Positions 27,866 to 35,761 of a stretch of 64,000 bases of DNA are shown here, piece after piece; position 1 is the stretch's first letter; each line of letters opens with the position of its first letter. This DNA is from an uncultured Gammaproteobacteria bacterium (GTDB lineage Bacteria; Patescibacteriota; Microgenomatia; UBA1406; GWC2-37-13), in contig CAYOVA010000005.1 of the NCBI GenBank assembly GCA_964407325.1, positions 2,996 to 66,995 of the forward strand, read 5' to 3'. The position numbers were made by a program, and so were the translations under genes. The notes under the pieces are model-generated. The model saw nothing but the letters and a program-made list of their open reading frames with translations. It was not told where the DNA came from and made no database searches.

Positions 27866-27902
27866 CAGTGTTTTGGGGAGGTGTAGCAGCGAGATTCTCC
27901 AT

Positions 27903-27926
27903 AAAAAAAGCCGCATTGCTGCGGCT
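27903..27926 (-). terminator. Rho-independent terminator (minus-strand orientation; also a hairpin for the + strand gene)
   Basis: AGCCGCA-ttgc-TGCGGCT is a perfect 7-bp stem. Read on the minus strand it is followed by TTTTTTT. It lies between the convergent units 27302..27865 (+) and 28121..30535 (-). Confidence 0.6.
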
Positions 27927-28038
27927 TACTGGACATGCGGGTATAGACCTGACTGTGTAGTAGTATTATACAGTCAACTCAATGTTCAGTCAACTGGTGT
28001 TATTGTATAAGTAATATGATATACTGCACACGGTCGTT

Positions 28039-28106
28039 GGGGGTGTCGATGGTTCGAAGACCTGACTGTGAATCTGGTCTAGCGGGTTCGATTCCCGTCG
28101 CCTCCA
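28039..28106 (+). tRNA. tRNA-His(GUG)-like element with truncated D-arm (possible pseudo-tRNA)
   Basis: Acceptor GGGGGTG/CGCCTCC (7 bp, 2 G-T pairs). T-arm GCGGG-TTCGATT-CCCGT. Anticodon arm CCTGA-CTGTGAA-TCTGG (U33, GTG, A37; one T-T mismatch). The D region is only 15 nt (TCGA-TGGT-TCGA), no CCA is encoded, and position 73 is A. Total 68 nt. The flanks GGTCGT and ACGGCC can extend the acceptor helix. Confidence 0.4.
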
Positions 28107-28120
28107 CGGCCTTGTTTGCT

Positions 28121-30535
28121 TTATTCGCCTTTTTTAACGGCATGTCCGCCAAACATCGTTCGTTGAACGTTGACCAGCTTATTTGTAAATGCAGGGTTGT
28201 TTTCAGATTCGATTCTAAATTCCAGAGAATCTTCGATTACAGGTGTGGGTACTTTTAGCTCCTTGCCGGCATCAACAGTCCATTTCCCTTCGCCCGAGTG
28301 GCTGATCTTTGTATCAATATCTTCAAGATTTTCACCAAAAATCCGCAATCCTTCTTCCAGCCAGCCAACGAGTCGCGATTCCACCACACTTCCATGATTG
28401 TAGAGGTTAGCGATATTCTCAAGATTCAGGTTAAAGTTGGAAGCCTTCATAACGGCAAACCCTTCTGCAATTGCCTGCATCATGCCATATTCAATACCAT
28501 TGTGGACCATTTTTACAAAATGGCCAGCTCCGTGTTTGCCAAAGTACTGATATCCCATGGGAACTGAAAGTACGTTGAACAGGGGGCTGAGATAATCGTA
28601 TATTTCTTTTTCTCCTCCGATCATAAGACATGCTCCATGGCGGGCTCCCTTTGGTCCACCCGAAGTGCCGATATCCATGTAATGAATACCTTGCTGCGAC
28701 AGCTTTTCCGCACGGGGGGAAGCATCTTTGTATAACGAATTCCCTGCGTCAATAACAATGTCTCCTTTTTCCAGATACTGCGCAACTCCTTCTTCACCAA
28801 ACATGACCTCATCAACCGCTTTTCCGGCAGGAACCATAATCCACAACACGCGGGGAGGGGGTAATTTTTGAACAAGCTCTTGCAGGGAAGCGGCGGGTTT
28901 AATTCCAAATTCGGACAGGTCTTCGGTCACGGAATACGTACGATTCCATCCGTACACATTCCAGCCTTTTTCAGCAAGATGAAGCGCTATTCCCCGTCCC
29001 ATTTTCCCCAGGCCAACCACGCCAATGTGTTGGGGAAGATTTGCTTCTGCGGTAGCTGTAGTATCAATTGTTTTAGAAGTATCACGAACTTCTTTTGAAC
29101 CTGGCTGGTAGGTATTGAGAGGGACGACATCCTTCTCCCATGCACAGACTATCGGATCAATAAACTGCCACATTGCTTCTACTTCACGGGTTGTTACAAA
29201 CAAAAATTGATCTCCGCGAATACAATCAAGAAGAATTCTTTGATAATCTTCGGATTTATCGGCCACTTCTTTTTCGCGTCGGTAGGAAAACTCAAGGTCG
29301 CGCTCCTCTATATCCATTTTTAGCCCTGGTTTTTTTGAGACAAATGCAATTCTAATTTCTTCTTTTGGTGTTACACGGAAAAAAACTTTGTTTTTCAGAT
29401 AGGGTTTGGGTGTTTCCGTTTTAATATGGCAAACAGCTTCCTTAAAGGTAATCGTTATAGAAGAGCGGTCTTCACCCACCCGCTTTCCGCTCTCAAGAAT
29501 AACGGGAACTCCCTGCCAACGAGGGTTATCAATAAATGCGCGAATTTTAAAATAAGTCTCAGTATTCGAGTTGGGTCTTACTCCCTGAATGGTCTTGTAG
29601 CCTTCATACTGGGCACGAAACGAATAGTTTGCCACATACTCTTTGTCGGGAATACGTAACGCTTTCAGCAGTTCGTATCTTTTATCCCGGACTTCATTTC
29701 CTGATAAGGTCTGCGGCGCATCCATGGTAACCAGCGCCAGCATTTGCAGCATGTGGTTTTGACCAACATCACGCAGCGCTCCAATGCCATCATAGAAAGC
29801 CCCTCGTTGTTCCACTCCTCCCGATTCCAGCATTCGCACTTCAATCTTTTCAATGTGTTTGTTGTTCCAGCTTTGCTCAAGAAGGTTGTTGGCAAAACGG
29901 AAGGTAAGAATGTTCTGAATCATTTCCTTTGCCAGATAGTGGTCAATCCGGTAGATCTGCTCTTCTTTAAAAAGCTGCCCTAACATTTGTTCGATCTTCT
30001 CAGCAGTCTGAGCGTCTTTTCCAAATGGTTTTTCAATAAGGACGCGCGTCCAGCCTTCTTCGGGACTACAGGGTTCGGTAAGGCCGGATTCAGCCAGGTG
30101 CTGCAACAACATTTCATATTGTTCCGGTGGAACAGCCAGGTAAAACAGTTTATTTGAACAGATGCTCCAGCCCATATCATTCATTCCCAATTCTTTTGCA
30201 ATACCCTTGTAGTCATTCAGGTTGCCAAATTGAGCCTGATGATACGAGCAGACTTCGAGAAAGGCCTGAAGGGTAGCCTCATCCGGCGCTGTACCTTCTG
30301 AAGTGGTGATTATCTGGGTAATGTAATCGCAAAACGCATCTTGGCTCACTGCCCGGCGTGCGGCACCGATAATCTTGAATTTTTCGGGAAGTTGTTTTGT
30401 TTTAAACAGGTTATACAAAGCTGGAAATATTTTTTTTTGTGCCAGATCGCCTGTAGCGCCGAAAATGACAAACACTGTTGGAATATTAAATTTTTTTGCT
30501 GGCATACACGCAATGTTACCAGTTATCACAGTCAT
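28121..30535 (-). CDS. zwf/gnd: Bifunctional fusion: glucose-6-phosphate dehydrogenase (N-terminal) and 6-phosphogluconate dehydrogenase, short decarboxylating type (C-terminal)
   Basis: The N-terminal ~490 aa carry FVIFGATGDLAQKKIFPALYNL, EKPFGKD and YRIDHYLAKE (G6PD signatures). The C-terminal ~300 aa carry IGVVGLGKMGRGIALHLAEKGWNVYGWNR (Rossmann fold) and GAGHFVKMVHNGIEYGMMQAIAEGF (6PGDH signature). It is a single uninterrupted 804-aa frame. Confidence 0.85.
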   Translation of the reverse strand: MTVITGNIACMPAKKFNIPTVFVIFGATGDLAQKKIFPALYNLFKTKQLPEKFKIIGAARRAVSQDAFCDYITQIITTSEGTAPDEATLQAFLEVCSYHQAQFGNLNDYKGIAKELGMNDMGWSICSNKLFYLAVPPEQYEMLLQHLAESGLTEPCSPEEGWTRVLIEKPFGKDAQTAEKIEQMLGQLFKEEQIYRIDHYLAKEMIQNILTFRFANNLLEQSWNNKHIEKIEVRMLESGGVEQRGAFYDGIGALRDVGQNHMLQMLALVTMDAPQTLSGNEVRDKRYELLKALRIPDKEYVANYSFRAQYEGYKTIQGVRPNSNTETYFKIRAFIDNPRWQGVPVILESGKRVGEDRSSITITFKEAVCHIKTETPKPYLKNKVFFRVTPKEEIRIAFVSKKPGLKMDIEERDLEFSYRREKEVADKSEDYQRILLDCIRGDQFLFVTTREVEAMWQFIDPIVCAWEKDVVPLNTYQPGSKEVRDTSKTIDTTATAEANLPQHIGVVGLGKMGRGIALHLAEKGWNVYGWNRTYSVTEDLSEFGIKPAASLQELVQKLPPPRVLWIMVPAGKAVDEVMFGEEGVAQYLEKGDIVIDAGNSLYKDASPRAEKLSQQGIHYMDIGTSGGPKGARHGACLMIGGEKEIYDYLSPLFNVLSVPMGYQYFGKHGAGHFVKMVHNGIEYGMMQAIAEGFAVMKASNFNLNLENIANLYNHGSVVESRLVGWLEEGLRIFGENLEDIDTKISHSGEGKWTVDAGKELKVPTPVIEDSLEFRIESENNPAFTNKLVNVQRTMFGGHAVKKGE

Positions 30536-30714
30536 TTTCTAGTGATGACAAACACTATTTTGGTCTGGTGCAAACAGATAAAATATACATACCCAATGCA
30601 TATTGCAAAAATGAAGAAAGAGGAATAATCTAAGCATAATAGTTAAACATGAATAATTCTTCATTTTTGTTCACCATTTTTTGTATTTGTACGTAATATA
30701 AATTATATTTTTTT

Positions 30715-32154
30715 ATGAAACTAATGCAGCGTGTTGGTTTTTTATGTAAGGAAATTTTTCTCGATAAAGTGTTATGGATCCTTATGGGATTTATTATTGT
30801 GTCGGGAACGCAGGTTTTGGCGGAAGAAGCGGGATTGCATGATGCAAACGTATTTAATCTCACGATGTTCGAAATTGCTATTTTGCTTCTTCTGGCAAAA
30901 ATTTCCGGACTCCTGGAAAAGTTGGGACAGCCAGCTGTTTTAGGCGAGTTGGGAATAGGTATTATTCTTGGTAATCTGCATTATTTTGGCATTAACTGGT
31001 TTGAAAGTATTAAAAACAGTGAAATTATTGAATTTCTTGCGGAAATGGGTGTTGTTATTCTGCTTTTTCAGGCTGGTCTTGAATCTAATATTAAGCGTAT
31101 TCTTTCAACGGGTAAGAACGCATTGCTGGTTGCGATTCTGGGAGCTTCCCTTCCGTTTGCACTAGGAGTCTTTGTAGCAGGACCGTTATTTTTCCCCAGT
31201 GTAGATTTCAAGACACATCTGTTTTTGGGGGCTGCGCTCACGGCCAGTTCAATGGGGATTGGTGCAACTTTGTTTAGACAGTATAAAAAAATGAGCAGTA
31301 TTGAAGCACGCACGGTGTTAGGTGCTACTGTTATCGATGATATCCTGGGAATGATTTTTATTCCGGTGGTTTCCGCCATTATCACTCATGGACAAGCTGA
31401 TCCTGCCACCTTTGCGATAATTGTAGGGCAGGCAGTTCTCTTTTTGTTAGGGTCAGTTGTTATCGGTCAGATGGTAGCTCCGTATCTGGGTAAATTCTTC
31501 TCGAAAATTCAAACGGGGACTGGTATGAAGTTTACGCTTGCCTTTTCCATCGGATTGATATTTGCTTATTTTGCAAGTCTTATTGGCCTGGCGCCCATTA
31601 TTGGAGCATTTGCCGCAGGCTTGTTCCTTGATCCAATCCACTTTGATAACTTTGAGAAGCCACGAATATCAGGAGAGCTCTCAGAAATTATCGAAACAGA
31701 AAAGTTTACTCCAAAGCAAAAAGAGAGACTGGAAGAACTTGCCCACGATCATGCCCATACCCATGTAGAAAATCTATTTGAACCACTGGCGCATTTTATG
31801 ATCCCGTTGTTCTTTATTACCATTGGCATGAAGGTTGATCTTGAAATATTTACGAATGTTACCAACCTTATGATTGCCATCGGTATCGTAGTGATTATCG
31901 TAACTGGCCGTCTTATTGCTACTCTTTTTGCTGGAAAGGGCGTTAATAAACTTATTGTTGCCTGTTCTATGATCGCCGGAGGAGAAGTAGGTTTTGTGTT
32001 TGCTTCAATTGGAAAAGATTTGGGAGTGCTGAACGACCAGATCTTTGGTATTCTGATTGCGGTAACAACCTTAACAACATTGGTAGGTCCATTTGGACTT
32101 AATAAGTTCCTTAAGGAACAGCAGATAAGAGAACGGGAAGCGGCAAAAGCATAG
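30715..32154 (+). CDS. Cation:proton antiporter (CPA2 / Na+/H+ exchanger family)
   Basis: Polytopic. QPAVLGELGIGIILG, EFLAEMGVVILLFQAGLESN and ATVIDDILGMI are typical CPA2/Kef-NapA motifs. Confidence 0.8.
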   Translation: MKLMQRVGFLCKEIFLDKVLWILMGFIIVSGTQVLAEEAGLHDANVFNLTMFEIAILLLLAKISGLLEKLGQPAVLGELGIGIILGNLHYFGINWFESIKNSEIIEFLAEMGVVILLFQAGLESNIKRILSTGKNALLVAILGASLPFALGVFVAGPLFFPSVDFKTHLFLGAALTASSMGIGATLFRQYKKMSSIEARTVLGATVIDDILGMIFIPVVSAIITHGQADPATFAIIVGQAVLFLLGSVVIGQMVAPYLGKFFSKIQTGTGMKFTLAFSIGLIFAYFASLIGLAPIIGAFAAGLFLDPIHFDNFEKPRISGELSEIIETEKFTPKQKERLEELAHDHAHTHVENLFEPLAHFMIPLFFITIGMKVDLEIFTNVTNLMIAIGIVVIIVTGRLIATLFAGKGVNKLIVACSMIAGGEVGFVFASIGKDLGVLNDQIFGILIAVTTLTTLVGPFGLNKFLKEQQIREREAAKA

Positions 32155-32231
32155 TGTATGTAATAGTGATGCATGTATGCTAATTGCCCTTTGCAGTAGA
32201 ATCTCACTATCTTATCAATTCTCTTGTGCAT

Positions 32232-33704
32232 ATGATTTTTAGACGCAAACGAAGTGTTTCTTCATTGGGTCATAAGTTGTTCTGGTACGTATTCGGGTTT
32301 GCAATTTCTTCATCGTTTTACTTTTTTGCAGCCACAGGAGGAATTGGAGAGGTAGTACATAACATTGATTACAATGCTACCTTTCTCTTTATTGGTATCA
32401 TGCTTCTTCTTGCTAAAATCTCAGGGTTAATTGAGCGCTGGGATCAGCCATCCGTACTTGGAGAATTAGGTATCGGTATTATTCTGGGAAATCTTATCCA
32501 TTTCCAGTTCCCTTTTTTCGAAGCTGCTGAAAATAATGAAATTCTTAAGTTTTTAGGTGAATTAGGCCTTGTTATCCTTCTTTTCCAGGCAGGACTGGAG
32601 TCGAATGTAAAAGAAATTATGCATGCAGGGCCAAAGGCATTTCTTGTGGCAACGATTGGAGCAGTGGCTCCATTTGTAATTGGTGCATTTGTTGTTATCC
32701 CTATCGTTATGCCGGAAGCTGAGCTGTATACACGGCTATTTATCGGTGCCTGTCTGGCTTCAACTTCAGTTGCTATTGCTGCAACACTATTCCATTCATA
32801 TAAGCAAATGAAATCTCCTGAAGCTCAAATTGTCATGGGATCAGCGGTTATTGATGATGTGTTTGGAATGGTTATGTTGCCTGTCATGACAGCTCTGGTA
32901 GATACGGGAGCTGTTTCAGCACCGGAAATTGCTCTTATCGTTGTAAAGTCTCTGGGATTTCTTATCGCTGCCGTCCTTATTGGCCAGTATACAGCTCCTT
33001 ATCTGAGTAAGTTTTTTGCAAAGCTGAATACCGGTACCGGAATGAAGTTGACTTTTGCACTCTCACTTGCTTTGATACTTGCTTATCTGGCACATTCAGT
33101 AGGTATGTCACCAATTATCGGAGCATTTGCTGCCGGCCTCTTCCTCGATCCAATTCATTTTGATAACTTTGAAAATCCAAAGTTCTATACTGAAATGAAG
33201 CATATAACGGATGAACCATCTTTCAGTTCACATGAACGGGATGTAATTATGAAAGCGGCTCGACGGTATGCACATCACCATATTGAAGATCTGGTGGAAC
33301 CGCTGGCACACTTTACAGTGCCGCTGTTTTTTATTCTGGTAGGGATGAATGTAAACCTGAACATATTTACCGATTTACGTTCGCTTGGTATAGCTTTAGC
33401 GATCCTTATTATTCCAATTGTATCCCGGTTTATTGCGGCTCTATTTACCGGTCCGGAACTTGATAAAGGGGTTATAGGGTTTGCACTGGTCCCGAATGAT
33501 GAAGTGGGACTTGTGTTTGCGAGTGTTGCAGTAGAGCTTGGAGTATTTGATGAACGCATATTTTCAATTGTTGTATTTGTACTTATTATGACGACACTTG
33601 TTGGATCAGCAGCTCTCAATTACTTTTTAGCACGGTATACCGCACGACAGCATGGGCTGAATGGCAATGGTGCCGGAAAAGGAAAGAAAGTTGCGGTAGT
33701 TTGA
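32232..33704 (+). CDS. Cation:proton antiporter (CPA2), tandem paralog of 30715..32154
   Basis: Colinear with the upstream gene (QPSVLGELGIGIILGN, LGELGLVILLFQAGLESN, SAVIDDVFGMV, IIGAFAAGLFLDPIHFDNFE identical block). Start placed at ATG 32232; the track start 32184 is a TTG. Confidence 0.8.
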   Translation: MIFRRKRSVSSLGHKLFWYVFGFAISSSFYFFAATGGIGEVVHNIDYNATFLFIGIMLLLAKISGLIERWDQPSVLGELGIGIILGNLIHFQFPFFEAAENNEILKFLGELGLVILLFQAGLESNVKEIMHAGPKAFLVATIGAVAPFVIGAFVVIPIVMPEAELYTRLFIGACLASTSVAIAATLFHSYKQMKSPEAQIVMGSAVIDDVFGMVMLPVMTALVDTGAVSAPEIALIVVKSLGFLIAAVLIGQYTAPYLSKFFAKLNTGTGMKLTFALSLALILAYLAHSVGMSPIIGAFAAGLFLDPIHFDNFENPKFYTEMKHITDEPSFSSHERDVIMKAARRYAHHHIEDLVEPLAHFTVPLFFILVGMNVNLNIFTDLRSLGIALAILIIPIVSRFIAALFTGPELDKGVIGFALVPNDEVGLVFASVAVELGVFDERIFSIVVFVLIMTTLVGSAALNYFLARYTARQHGLNGNGAGKGKKVAVV

Positions 33705-33813
33705 TGAACCGGGAAAAGGTACTATACACTTGTGAAGATTTTGTTGATGGGTGGTTGGGGATGATGAGGGCAGGGAAGATAAGACAGATCGGTAGAATAA
33801 TAGCCCATAGTGT

Positions 33814-33842
33814 TTGACTTTTTGGCGTGCTAGGTATATACT
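33814..33842 (+). promoter_or_regulatory. Sigma70-type promoter candidate: TTGACT, 17-nt spacer, TATACT
   Basis: -35 TTGACT at 33814..33819, exactly 17 nt, then -10 TATACT at 33837..33842. This would give a ~275-nt leader before the TerC ATG at 34125. Confidence 0.45.
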
Positions 33843-33956
33843 TCTAGTATTCATACTAATACAACTCAATCTTCAGTTGTATCCATAACGAGTCTTGTAC
33901 AAAACAACATGCGGTTATGCTGCTGTTATGGAACTTTAACAATACGCTATTTTTAT

Positions 33957-34124
33957 CTCTTTGCCGCTCCTCCTAGTGGGTGAAAACCAGGTTGTTATGT
34001 GACTTGGTTTCCTATGTGGGGAAGGTTATTTGCTCATCTGTTGGTGAGAGCGGCAAAGGGCTGCTTGAGTACTCCCCACGAAGGGGAGTGCTTTGATTCA
34101 AGGCAAAATCGAAGGAGTAGAACG
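33957..34124 (+). promoter_or_regulatory. Structured 5' leader of the TerC gene (riboswitch/attenuator candidate)
   Basis: A long-range helix pairs 33957..33969 (ctctttgccgctc) with 34048..34060 (gagcggcaaaggg), and it encloses an internal hairpin aaaccagg/cttggttt. A second 10-bp hairpin lies at 34067..34093 (agtactcccc-acgaa-ggggagtgct) and contains GGGGAGU. The AAGGAG SD is at 34112..34117. Confidence 0.35.
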
Positions 34125-35399
34125 ATGGAACCGGTAGTTTCGTCCGTCCCTCATCTCAACGCCGGTCCGCTGGCGTGGGGAGGGTTCCTGGCGGTGGTCG
34201 CCGTGCTTATGGCGGCAGACCTTGGGGTGTTTCACCGCAAAGCCCACGCGGTGAGTGTCAAGGAGGCGGCCATCTGGACCGTGATCTGGATCAGCCTTTC
34301 CCTGGGGTTCAACTACATCATCTACCTCTGGGGCGGGGCCGGCCCGGCACTCAACTTCCTGATCGGCTACCTGGTGGAGTACTCGCTAAGCGTCGATAAC
34401 ATCTTCGTCTTCGTGCTGCTCTTCACCTACTTCAAGGTGCCAGCGGCGTACCAGCACCGGGTGCTGTTCTGGGGGATCCTCAGCGTGCTCGTGCTTCGCG
34501 GCGGTATGATCTTCCTGGGCGTCGCGTTCATCGAGAAGTTCGAGTGGGTGATCGACATCTTCGGTGCCTTCCTGCTCTACACTGGTGTCCGTATGGCCCT
34601 GTCGGGCGAGGAGGAGGATGACCCGAGCAAGAACTGGGTTGTCCGGCTGATTAAGCGCTACCTGCCGTACACCGACCAGTACGACGGTGACAAGTTTGTC
34701 ACCAGGGTTAACGGCAAGCGCCTGGCGACTCAGCTTATGTTCGTGTACCTCGTGATCAACGGGGTCGACGTAGTTTTCGCTGTGGATTCCATCCCGGCCA
34801 TCTTCGGGATCACGACCGACCCGTACCTTGTCTTCACCAGCAACATCTGCGCTGTGATGGGGCTGCGGTCGCTGTACTTCCTGCTCGCCGGCGTTGTCAA
34901 CCAGTTCCACTACTTGAAGCTCGGCCTGGCCTTTATCCTGGCCTACGTCGGCTTCAAGATGATCTTGCCGGACGTCTCCGGCCTGATCACGGGGCAGCGC
35001 CTGCACATCGACAACTTTGCCTCCCTCGTCGTCATCGTCGTCACCCTGGCACTGGCCATCGGTGCCTCGCTCGTGCGCAACCGCAGGTTGGGGCGCATCG
35101 CCGCAGAGGAGGCGCGCTGGGCTGCTGAAGAGGCCGCCCTGAGAGCGCAGGAGCGGGAAGAGAACATGCGGAGGGTGCGGCTTCACATCACACTGCCGGC
35201 CGGCACCACGAGCATCCCCGCCACCCCGCCGGTCGCTATCGCCCCTGAGCTGGACGTGCTCAGTATCGACTACTACGTCGCCGTCAACCCCGTGACTGAC
35301 CACGCCCAGACCCTGCGCCTCGAGGATGTCGACCTGCACGCCAACGGCCACGAGTCCACGCAGCCCGGTTCGCTCGTCGAGACCGAGCCCCGTGCCTAG
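34125..35399 (+). CDS. TerC-family integral membrane protein (GC-rich gene)
   Basis: EYSLSVDNIFVFVLLF and VFAVDSIPAIFGITTDPYLVFTSNI are the duplicated TerC signature motifs. The gene is GC-rich with G/C-ending codons. ATG 34125 follows an AAGGAG SD. The track's GTG 33999 extension runs through AT-rich leader sequence and is rejected. Confidence 0.85.
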   Translation: MEPVVSSVPHLNAGPLAWGGFLAVVAVLMAADLGVFHRKAHAVSVKEAAIWTVIWISLSLGFNYIIYLWGGAGPALNFLIGYLVEYSLSVDNIFVFVLLFTYFKVPAAYQHRVLFWGILSVLVLRGGMIFLGVAFIEKFEWVIDIFGAFLLYTGVRMALSGEEEDDPSKNWVVRLIKRYLPYTDQYDGDKFVTRVNGKRLATQLMFVYLVINGVDVVFAVDSIPAIFGITTDPYLVFTSNICAVMGLRSLYFLLAGVVNQFHYLKLGLAFILAYVGFKMILPDVSGLITGQRLHIDNFASLVVIVVTLALAIGASLVRNRRLGRIAAEEARWAAEEAALRAQEREENMRRVRLHITLPAGTTSIPATPPVAIAPELDVLSIDYYVAVNPVTDHAQTLRLEDVDLHANGHESTQPGSLVETEPRA

Positions 35400-35421
35400 C
35401 ACGGGCTTCTCGTCTCACTAC

Positions 35422-35460
35422 CTCCGGGGGCCGCCGCATCATAAGCGGTGGCCTCCGGAG
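35422..35460 (+). terminator. GC-rich 14-bp hairpin downstream of TerC (no U-tract)
   Basis: ctccgggggccgcc-(11 nt)-ggtggcctccggag forms 14 pairs including 2 G-T. It starts 23 nt after the stop codon. No T-run follows, so it would be an I-shaped terminator or a stabiliser. Confidence 0.45.
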
Positions 35461-35761
35461 AACACACAAAGAGATAAAAATAGTGTATTATTGGAACTCG
35501 GAGTTCTTTGACAATACACTTATGCTTTATGCCGTTCCAGTGAGGAGAAGAGTTGCCTTTGGGTTCACTAATCCTGGGTTTCCACTATTAGGAATTCTTC
35601 TTTTTTCCGGAGCGGCATTAGGCTCGCTCTACAATATATATCCATTTCTGAAGGGATAACCCATCAGGTATGGATAAAGGAGGAATATATCATAAGGTAC
35701 TAGTCCGAAAGACTGCAATCCGCGTTCGCCCTATGGCGACAACAAGCGAAAGGTCTGCTCA

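Noticed and set aside
33999-34124. GTG-initiated 42-codon N-terminal extension of TerC given by the ORF track
   Set aside because: The extension runs through AT-rich, structure-forming leader DNA. It has odd composition (Trp/Cys/Arg-rich) and lacks an SD. ATG 34125 has AAGGAG at the correct spacing and coincides with the onset of GC-rich coding sequence.
35508-35513. TTGACA hexamer upstream of the CaCA-like gene, considered as a -35 box or as the UUGACA element of a yybP-ykoY riboswitch
   Set aside because: No acceptable -10 hexamer lies 16-18 nt downstream. No GGGGAGUAG partner or enclosing helices were found in 35461..35761. This is insufficient evidence.
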